Below, piece after piece: positions 26,951-37,800 of a DNA stretch of 64,000 bases (the first letter of the stretch is position 1; every line of letters begins with the position of its first letter). A program made the position numbers and the translations under genes. The notes under the pieces were generated by a model. That model searched no databases and had not been told where the DNA came from. It saw only the letters and a list, made by a program, of their open reading frames with translations. The stretch comes from Antedon mediterranea (lineage: Eukaryota; Animalia; Echinodermata), in NCBI RefSeq assembly GCF_964355755.1, contig NC_092673.1, positions 28,641,648-28,705,647 of the forward strand, read 5' to 3'.

Positions 26951-27694
26951 TTGAAAATCTTGCATTGCCTCAACGAAACACTCTTCACGTCAGGTACCGT
27001 AATTACTAAATGCTTATAATACTAGTGTATTATCATAGTCACATGTTTGGCCAACACTTATCAGCCTTATGATCTACATACCAAACATGTTTACACTGAC
27101 CCTAAAGGCAGCACGTTTGAACTATGACCTTTAACACACGGTTTGTTTACCTCCCCTCCTTTTATATACATCACAATTGGTCGCATAGTAAATGTATTTT
27201 GTACTACCACTGAACACGCCCCCACAAACATAACACAGATTGTAAATATATTTAACAACCTGGCAAATAATTACCATTATTTATTTAGTTTAACAATTCT
27301 ATGTTTACACAACATATTGTGAAGGGCTGTTGAATTTATATGATGTGAAATGTTATTGGTCCACTTTAAAATGGAAATTTGTTTGCTTGGCATAATTAAG
27401 ACAATAAAACAAAGAAAAATACATCAAATTCCAAAAGGCAATGTTAAAATACTATTTATATGCATATGGTAAAGTACTGTTAAAAAACTAGTGCATAAAG
27501 GTCTGCTATACTCTTCTATTATCACAAAATTAGAAGATTTTTCTACAGTCATGAAAGCACTAACAATACATAAGAAATGGTGGCTACCATAGGGTACACT
27601 GTTCAAAGACACTATACCCATTTCAATGGCAACTATCAACAATGCTTAAACAACAACCTCCACACTTAAAGTTAAACTTATTTCATTTTCTTAC

Positions 27695-27740
27695 CCCCAA
27701 TAATTCCAGTATGGTCGACCTTCAAGTTATTGCTCTCCAT
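27695..27740 (-). CDS. STOM: Stomatin alternative first coding exon B (MESNNLKVDHTGIIG-)
   Basis: aaaATGG, 46 nt, phase 1, donor GGG|gtaaga; TATTTAAA at about 27892-27885 and TCAGT initiator-like sequence at about 27870. Confidence 0.85.
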
Positions 27741-30700
27741 TTTAAGGGCACACGCTACTTCTCGCACGTAAAATTGACAACGTTCCCACACGGCGTATAA
27801 TTAATCGAAATAAGTAATAACTCTCTGAAAGCCAATTGCATTTAATTTCCCAACAATGGAAACTCACTGAGCTGTGCAGCATCATTTAAATAAAGGACAC
27901 CATTAGGGACTGTTAGGAAACCATGCATTTTAATTCTGGATAAATGCCAACCAGTAATATTATAATGCTGGTGGTACAACAGTAGTTGGGAAATACAAAT
28001 ATTAATTATAATGGCACAATTATATCTAGAATTAATTGTATGTTTTGATCAATATAAGAATATGTTTACTATATCGTTGCTACAGCATTGTTTCAGTTTC
28101 AGTTTATTTTCCATTTCAATTTCTGAACATAAGATAAACAACTTATATGGATGGATAACCGTAAGAGCGAAGCTCGTTTGCCGGTCACCCGTTAGTGCAG
28201 TGACATTACAGACAACATAAAGACAAAGGTGCAATACATAACAAGACATGTGAACACTTGTGTTTGCAACCCCTTGGATAAAATAATATATTTATATAAA
28301 GGAGAAAATTAGATATTATATTTCTTTTTGACCATACAATGATAATTTTTTCTTAAGAAGGCTAACATGAAGATTACATATACTGTAGTTATTTTTATTT
28401 TTACTAGTACATGGTAATAAAATCTGAATATCATCTTTTAGATAAAAAAATGTAATAAATTTACATACACACACATGTATTGTTTAAGTTGTTACTATGT
28501 ACAGTATTGATGATGTCATCGCATCACATGAAGATGAACGGAAAAATACAGGTCATCGTAAACAAAGACTAGTATACATCCTGGAATAAATCTGTACAAC
28601 CTTACTCATATCATATGACATTTAAAAAAAATCAATATTTTCGAAAAAAAATCATATTTATATTTAAACTACAACTACGGGTAATATTACTATTTTTTAA
28701 ACAAGATTACTTTGGTATGGCTCAGTGTTTCTAATTAAAAAGGTTAAAAAATAGAAATATGGTACATAGTAAACCAGTTTTAATACAGTTTAGAACCTTT
28801 ACAAAATATTAAAGTATTGATGGATTTAAAACTACAGTAAGTCAATGAAGATATTCTTGTTTAAAAGGTTAAAATACAGTATTTATTTGACTTTTAAAGC
28901 ATAAAGCATTATTATATCAAAGAACCTTTCTTAATTAATTTTAAAGAATGAACCAAGACATAAAAAAAAAGATTTCCAGGTAAAACATTAACAAGAAAAA
29001 ACAGAAAGGGCGTCCAAAAACAAATTAATTAAAAAAGACTATGATTGACTAGATTTGGTTGAAAAGTACCAAAATGTGATTTAAACGTTTTTTTATTCAG
29101 TTAAAAAGCAAGCTGTAATCGTGATGTTGCATGCAAATTATTGTAACTAGGCAACAGTAGAGATGCTTGGCGATAGCTTTGAAGAATTGGATTAAAAGCA
29201 TAACATCAGAAATAATGATTACCAACTACAATACAATTTATGGAAAATAATAAAAGAAAAATTGTATTATTATTATTATTAATTATACTTTAATTGTAGC
29301 CTATTGTTATTTGAATGTCATTATATTGTGATCTGATAATTGTAATTGTGTTGGCTCTCTGACAAAATATGATTATTAATATTTTAACTGTTAGAAACTT
29401 ATGACTAGATTTAGACTTGCCCGAAGTCTGTATTGTCTTTTTTATTTATTTGTTTTTATTGCGACCGTGATTTTTGTCTGAAAATACAGACTTGTGAAAC
29501 GCGTATAGAAATCGATTTGTAGACCGCAAACATCCGATAAGAATGACGTAGGTTATCATACCGTATTTGGCTATATGGGGCGGGCGGTATGTAAATATGG
29601 ATTTCGAATCAACCAATGATCATTTTGTTTCAAAATGAAAAAGATCGAGTACGTACAGTGCTGAATGTACGGTCGAGACTGTTGAAATATAAAATCGTGT
29701 TGCCAAGTTGTTTTGTTTATTAATTGTTTAGTCCTTAGCCTAGGCCTCCTTCGTAGGTCCTACTCAACTCGCACGTATGACCTGCACACCACCACCGGCA
29801 CACAACAAAGCAACACCACTACACAGAACAGGACAGGGTCTGGGTGGGAATTAAATCAAATTATCTCCGCGTAATAAATGATCCATTCAATGTTAGATTT
29901 GTGGAGAAGCTAACCTATCATATCCAGACGAGTTTTCATGTTCTTGGGAAAAATCCCATCAAATGTTTACCAGACTACTAGGCATATAAAATCATTTCTA
30001 GCCTTCAGAAACTTTCATCAATGTACCCAAGTACACATTGTCTAAACGTAACATAGCGCATGCGCACCATCTTAGTTGTTGAGTCTTTGAAATTCTGAAA
30101 TATGAATATTAAAGTGGTGAGTAGCCAATCGCATGCAGCTGAAACTAGTCAACCGGATAATCGTATGCACCAAGAATTCTTGGTGTCAAACCACGTGACT
30201 TGTGCGTGTTTCCCCAGACGGAGTATCCAAAATCAAGTAGTATACGTATGAAACGCCATATGTGCCAAAATATTTATCTTTTTACTAATAATAATATTAA
30301 GACAAAACTCCGTCTGGAACCCAGACTAGACAAGATTTAATAGCATTCAGCTTTTATTTCTTATGAAATAATTTGAACCCGTTATTAATTCGGCAAACAC
30401 AAATAGAAAACATTAAGATTAAGAGACAATAAATATTCTTGATTGCACCAAGGCTTCTAATCGACAATTATGTATGTAAATAATATATTTTATCATTATC
30501 ATTATTATTATAAACACATTATATATTCTGCATTTAGTATTGATTGAACAATTTGTTTATTAATACAAAGTGGTACATATTCACAGAAATATTATCTATC
30601 TTTGATATTAACATAACATCTTTTTTTTTCAATCTTTTCAATTCAATTTATTTATCATCAATGCAATAATCACAAAATTAAATCCTGTTTGTAGTTAATG

Positions 30701-31240
30701 ATATTATCTTTCACTAGTAAATCTAATTGGTTAAAAGTAAACTAATTAAACTAATTTAAGAAAAGGTCAAGATGTAATTCAGGAATTCTATTTATCCTAC
30801 TTGGTGGAAATAGGAAAGCTTGTCAAAGAATCCTTAAGTTCTGTCTACACTATGAACATTGTGACAAAAAAATGTGATGTGCCCATATATGGTCATATCA
30901 CTACCATATTTAGAGTATATCACTACCATATTTGGCCACATCACACTTTTTTGCCAAAATAGTTTGATAGTGTAGACAGCGCCTTATTTTGCTATCTAGT
31001 TCGTTCTGACAACCCCACCTTAGCAGGAGGTTGTGACTGCTTTAGATCTTCAAAATATGTTTCCACTTTGCTGATTTTTGATTGTTATTGATTGATTGAT
31101 TGAATTTTTTAACCAAAGTCACACATATACATACGATAAACATTTAAATCAAAACAATCAGTACAGTAATAGTAAAACTCGAGTTAAATGGATATAAAAA
31201 AAATTTAAACTTTAGGCCTATGTGTAAATGATATTTGTTA

Positions 31241-31641
31241 AGGCCCATTCACACTAGGACGATAACGATCGACGATAATAGACAATAATTTGCATTTTTC
31301 ATACATAAAATAAAAGAAATATAAAACCTTTTCATTCTAGAACTATAGAATAACCATCTATGCTTCCTTTGATGAAAATTATATTTTCACACGTCCAATT
31401 AAATGACGTCATGATTAGTAAAGAGCAATAATATCGTGACAATACAACGATTTTATTGTTTTTATGTATCATGACGTCATTTGATTGGAATTTTAAAAAT
31501 ATTATTTTTATCAAAGACAGCATAAATGATTATCCTATAGTCCTAGAACGAAACCCTTTCTAATTTCTTTTGTTTTATGTTAAAAAAATGCATGCTTATA
31601 TATTTATCGTCGATTGTTATCGTCCTAGTGTGAATGGGCCT
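31241..31641. mobile_element. Fold-back MITE (about 400 bp), Harbinger-like ends
   Basis: TTA|AGGCCCATTCACACTAGGACGATAAC...GTTATCGTCCTAGTGTGAATGGGCCT|TAA; imperfect inverted symmetry across almost the whole element. Confidence 0.9.
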
Positions 31642-32280
31642 TAACTTGCCAATATTGACAGCAACTATGTTGTTTACAGAACATGACTACATTTATAGTT
31701 TATTACTTTTCATGATCCATTAATTCCTCTTGACTCATTGGTTTGCCGTTATTGATTACTATTTATTACTATTGACTACTTCCATCAAAGTAATATGAAA
31801 TCTTGGCCATCTAGTGAATTATTAAATTACTTTCACGGTATGCGTACGACTGTGTCAACATTATGTAAAGCCATTAATATACAATGTACACACTATAATT
31901 GCATATTCTCTTAACTATAGTCTTGCCAATACTTCAGTATCATAAACTTTAACTGTAGTGTATTTTTTAATTTAGAGATGATATATATGTACCTGATATT
32001 TTTTTCTCACAATTTAGATTCACCCGATACTAAAATTTGGAGGGAAAACTAAGAATATTTTTACTTTTTGATATGTTCTCCCCTCGAAGGGGAAAAGGCC
32101 TAGATGTCGGTTTATCTTTTATTTATCAATTTATTATTATTATTACAAAACAGAGTTCAAGAAATAAAGTAATAGTGTTCTTTTATTTATCAATTTATCA
32201 GTTTATCCAGGTAAGCTATTCACGTAATAGACACTAAAATTAAAGATAGCTGAATTAAAATCAAGTGACACAATGTTTAC

Positions 32281-32374
32281 CTCCAATAACTTCAGCCCGA
32301 TCATCATTTCCGTTGGCTTTTGTATTTTCCATCTCGATCAGTTGTGAATTGTCAGGTATGACCCTATTTGACAT
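32281..32374 (-). CDS. STOM: Stomatin alternative first coding exon C (MSNRVIPDNSQLIEMENTKANGNDDRAEVIG-)
   Basis: ATG at 32374, 94 nt, phase 1, donor GAG|gtaaac; the 3' end is homologous to exon D. Confidence 0.82.
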
Positions 32375-33422
32375 TTATGGTGCAAGCAAGCAATTTCAAA
32401 AAGATTCAGTTTGCAATAATACACCAGGTAATTTCTAGACTCCAATGCTTTTCCTCATGGCAACAATTATAAATGTTCTGAATAGGCTTTTGTTATGTAG
32501 GAGGTCGTCGTTATTGAATAAGTAATCAGATCAATAGAGGGCAGTCAACCATTACCACATTTTCTTGTACTTAATTATGATAATGAGAAAGCTACTTGGG
32601 TACAAACTACAAACAATGCTGTGTGACATTTTAGATTTTTTTAAGTAACAATAAGTCAAATTGAAAACTTGAAAGTTTAAAAATACGCTTTTGGTCTGGG
32701 TAAACCCAAAAAATGGGTTGGGCAACCGCACCAGCACCACAACACCCGCTACCTCGTTAAATCCGTTTCGTTATGAATATGAATGAAGAGTTATTTTTTT
32801 ATAAATAATATTTTAAGTAAAAGTTATTTGTCTGAAAATAACTTAACCGTTAAAAAAAAACGTTAAGGCAGCACGTGTTAAATAGTGTTAAAGCCTGCAA
32901 AACTTTCTTAAAAACAACATGGTGAATAAAACAAACTGATTGTATGTTAGGAAATGAAAGCACATCCATACGATTTGACTACATTACTTTGTCAAACGAG
33001 TTGATGTTAAATTTTGCATAGTGTGTGAAAATGTTTAATATAATTAATCGACCAATCAGGACTTGGCTGAAACCGCTGTACTCGCATCTGAAAATAGGAA
33101 CGGTTATACTGGTGGTCTAGACCTTGGTGGTCTAGTTGTATAAAAAGAAAAAAAATGGTTTAATCAATTCTTAATTTTAAAAGTCTTACATAGTTGTCGG
33201 TCTATATTGGAAATAAAATAATAGTTAGAATAGGGTATTCCAGGCCTAGCCCGATGATACCTCACTCAAATTGTGAAAGTACAATAACCTCACAGTGACA
33301 GCCAGCAAAACAACCAGGATGCATCATGCAGCTGGGGAGGAGAGAGAGTATGGATTGTCAGCCTCGGCCTAGGCTAGCTAGAGCGACACTTCCAAAAGCT
33401 TGGTGTATTAATTAATACATAC

Positions 33423-33501
33423 CTCCAATAATATCTGCTCGGTCGTCGTTTACCGTTTTTTGCATTTTTTCAGAAACTGTAGGATCTATTCTTGTTGGCA
33501 T
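33423..33501 (-). CDS. STOM: Stomatin alternative first coding exon D (MPTRIDPTVSEKMQKTVNDDRADIIG-)
   Basis: ATG at 33501, 79 nt, phase 1, donor GAG|gtatgt; the upstream region lacks a TATA box and has TCTCGCGAAA at 33569. Confidence 0.85.
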
Positions 33502-33539
33502 AAGGCACAAAGTGCAATTAATGTACTATCGTTTCTTCT

Positions 33540-34357
33540 ACTACCACCAAGAGTCACAAGACAATTTATCTCGCGAAAAAAGTTTGTTGACTGACTGTAT
33601 GGTAAGCCAAAGAAGACAAAGAAATGGTTCCTAAAGGGTTTTTGCATCCTAACAAAGTTAGGTTTGTTTTCTTATTCCAATATTCCGCATATTTTGTGAA
33701 TAATCTTCAATCATTTTCTTATTAACATTTTCAATTTCCGATAATTAAAGTTTATAATTAATCAATAAGTCCAAGTAAATGCAGGGAGATCTAAATAAAT
33801 AAAGGAGGACAACATATGAAAATTATTTACAATTAATATCATTATCTTAATTATTTTTAAAAATAAAAACGTTCTTTGCAACAGAAAGAATGACATACAT
33901 AAGCAAAACTAATTAGGAAACCAAATTTAAATTATTAAATGAACAATCTTTGATTACCTTGAATTTAACAAGAGGCAGGGCTCACCGGCGGGGGCAGTAC
34001 AAATTATCCTTTCCTGGTCAGATTAAATATATTATTAAAATAAAGAAGAAGAGAGTAAACCACAACCACAACGTAAAGTGTAAAGCGCTATGTAAATAGC
34101 GCTTAATTAAAGAAATTTTCAAAAACATATGTTTTTAGACAAAAAGTTTAATAAAAAAGATGGTAACTAATAAAAATGTCCAAAATGGCGCTCCATACAC
34201 AACTGCAACATTTTATTGGTCTCTGTGATATCTAACGTCCAATGAAAACGCTTAATTCCGCGTCACGTTTAAAAAACGTAAACAAAAAGCTGACAACACA
34301 AATCGCGAAGGGTTTGCCGATCGAAAAAGTTTCCAATAAGTTGGCCAAAAGTGCCTC
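33540..34357. promoter_or_regulatory. Divergent promoter region between stomatin exon D and ODF2 exon 1
   Basis: TCGCGA motifs (about 33571, 34303), YY1-like AAAATGGCG (about 34182), CCAAT/ATTGG boxes (about 34216, 34239), CRE-like GCGTCACG (about 34260); plus-strand donor CTC|gtaagt at 34358. Confidence 0.6.
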
Positions 34358-34838
34358 GTAAGTACATCGACATAGCATATTTTTTTCATTTTTAGATAAT
34401 TATAAAATATGATATTTTAATTTATTAAAAGGACTGACATTGTCTAAACCACCTATGTATGCATGTGTTATTGCTCTAGGCCTATATATAAAAGATGAGT
34501 ACCGGGCCAATCAATCAATGTCGACTGGCTGGGTTGTGGTGGACCTGCGTTTGGAAATGAGAGAGGCCTAGGCCTAGGCCTAAGCAATAAATGAGGCTGC
34601 TGAGGCAAGCCAACATAATAGAGGCACTGTTTATTCCTTCCTTATTCCTAATCTAGCATGGGCATAGGCCTAGCTTATTAATATTACCTTGAATAACCTT
34701 GACTATCATAATATAATAATAATTTTTTTTTAAAGGCAGGATCTCTCTAGGCCTAGGGCCTAGCTAGAGGCTAGGGGAGCCATTTATAATTTCAAAAAAT
34801 GGTAATGTCATTTCAATTACTTTTTTTCTGCAGTTAAG

Positions 34839-37800
34839 ATGACAATTGAGCGTGGCACAACAAGGAATGCATCACCTCCGCTACATGTTCACGTAGACAA
34901 GGCCACACCCGTACATGTTCATGTCAAAAAGACGGGAAAGAAGTCCTCTACAGCATCAGCCGTTGAAGTATTTATAGACTTTTTATATTCATAACCACAT
35001 TGAGAAGGTCTATCTCTAGTTGAACATAAAAGATTGATTATTCAATCAAAAGTAAAAGATAGCTATAGTAATTAGTATAATAAATGATAGTCTCTTGCAT
35101 CAATACAAGATACCATTTCTCATGACTGCTGCAAAAAAATATATGTATTTTGTTAAATTTGTGGTATCGCGATTTCTTATACTTTCTACTTTTCCCAACA
35201 ATTTCAACCTTGTCTTGACTGCTGGCATGAGTTGAAATGGAAAAGAAATTTTTACAAAACATACAAGTTAATTTTTACTCAATTTTGTATACAGGATCGA
35301 CTAAAATCTACCAAATCACAGCTAGGACGTTATTCATCAGGGAATGTACGCCCATCTTCATCTCGGGGACCATGGGTGCCAGCTCCTGGGCGAAGTACCA
35401 AAGCCAAACCATTGGCATGGGAGGTAAGTAATCATTACTAAATAAAAAACACTACTAAATAAAAAACACTACTAAAAAATATTAGAAAACTTAAGAAACG
35501 AAAAATGATTTAATTTTTTAATAATGTATTTGATTCTTTATTTTTGTAGAGTTCCAGCCATCGACTGGAGTTAGGAGCACCGGAGCAAGATACGGTGTAC
35601 TCAACCCTACGTGTTGAAGATCTAGACTCTGAGGTAGAGGAGGATAAATACAGGCTGTACGAGAAAAAAATTGACAGTTTAATGTCAGAGGTTGGCCAGA
35701 TGAAAACGGAGGTAATGTTCAAAGAAACTCATCAACATCTTTCCGCCATTCACCCTTTCAGTAGATATATTTCCAAACTAGGGACTAAGTAATAATTTCA
35801 ATAGCCTTCCAAAATTATCATACTATTGTCGAGATATAGCATGGTCTAACGCCATAGAGGTACACCCTTGCGCTGATGAGCTAACATGTCTGGTGGTTTT
35901 CTGAAAAGTCTGGTATTAAGAATGTGTATTTAATGGTAAAAATAGAATTAAAAAATGTTTGACCTAAAATTAAGTTTTGAGAAACTTCAGAAGCTGTAAG
36001 CTATGTCTACACTATCAAACTTAATTGAGCTTCAGTATTCAATTGATAATTTTGTTAACTTTCTATTTTTGTTTTAAAACTGCTGTCCTTAAAAAAAGAC
36101 TTAAATTTAAAATTCTAAATGAATATAATGATGTTGTTATAAATATTGAGTAATAATAAATTCGAATGAATATTGATTATGTAATACTGTAGCAAAGGGT
36201 ATAGTTAAACAGTAGTAGTGTAGTCAATGAACCGTAACAGATATCTCTGTTAATTACGTATTCACTTTTTAAATGTGGTATAAGACAATACAGTAATAGT
36301 CAATTAGGCTTAAATTGATTATTTACAATTGAATTATTAGGTTTGAATTGATTCAGTCATCTGAGATAATTAATTTGATTAGATGATCTTGTTTTCATCA
36401 AGGCAAGGTATATTGGTATTGTATTAGTTCAACTTTTGCAAGGCAAGATGCATATACGGTACTTATTTTAAATGGTTCCAACATATCTGTATAGTGTGTG
36501 GTACATTACAGGTCATAATTGTAAGTCCAGTATTTTTTTCTGGCTTGGTTATTCAATTTCTGTCGGGAAAAGCATGAAGAAATTTAGGAAAGAATTGATG
36601 CTGTCAAAATAACATTAGATATTCACTTAATATTGTTGTTTCTAGCGTGAACTGCAGAAAACAAAACGTGAAGCATCTCGAGCAAGAGAAGAGTTGTTGC
36701 TGTCGAAGAAACTGCTGGAGGACCAAGAGGAAGAGATACTGGATTACAAGCAAGAGCTGCATACAACAGAGCGGCAGAGTAAGACACTGCAGGAAACGAT
36801 GGAGAGAATGGAAGATGAGATCAACCTATCAAGGTAAGGAAGGGTTAATTACTTATTTAATGTACAGGGCTGGGGTGATAAGTGGATGATGTAACCTGTT
36901 AAGCTCTGTCTATCAAATTAGACAGTGTGCCCAAATATGGTAGTGATATGACATCATCATGTCCATATATGGGCACGTCACCGTTTGTTGTCACATAAAG
37001 TTTGATAGTGTAGACAGAGCTTAAGGGGTTCCCGTCTTTGATTGAAAATTATACTGTTCAAAATGAATGGTTGACAAAATATTTCACATTTTGCAACACA
37101 GGACAGAGCATAATGTTAGTCGATCAGAGCGTGATCGTTTGATGAAGCAGCTAGTAGAGGTTGAGATGGATGCTGGGGCGGCCGTTAAGCAAATGAATGA
37201 GCTACGTAGGACTGTTCACAGGCTCAAAGAGGTACTGTTTCTTAAGCTCTGTCCACACTATCTAAACTAGTTTGACAAAAAAAAATGTGATGTACCCAAA
37301 TAATGTAGTGATATGGCCAAATATGGTAGTGATAGGACATCATCATGTCTATATATGGGCACATTACATTTTTTTGAAATTTTTTTAAAATGACTTTTTT
37401 TTTTCATTATATAACAAATTTCTTTATAGATACTTTCTTCCATATCAGATATGTCTCGATGCGTTGAAGTTTAGTAACATTTTTTCTTTCTTTTTTATTT
37501 GAAGGAAAAACGAATGTCTTCCCACGATGGAAAGATTTTGACAAAACAGCGAGATCTCCTCCTTGATAAGCTGAATGATTTTGAAAATACTAACAGAGTA
37601 TTGCGAAAGATGCTTAGAGATCATCATCGAAACGAAGTAATTCATTCCTTTATGGACATTCTACAGCATATTTATTTAAGCTTGATTTAAAGTTAATTAT
37701 TTTTAATTGTATTCCTTTCCTAGTTAATAAAATTTTGTGCTTATATGTTACACATTAACTGCTACAAAATTCGGAAAAATACATTTTTTAAAAGGCGAAT

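Noticed and set aside
33986-34013. Possible 28-nt minus-strand micro-exon ending CCG|gtgagc
   Set aside because: No ATG, no pyrimidine tract, an upstream in-frame stop and no IIG signature.
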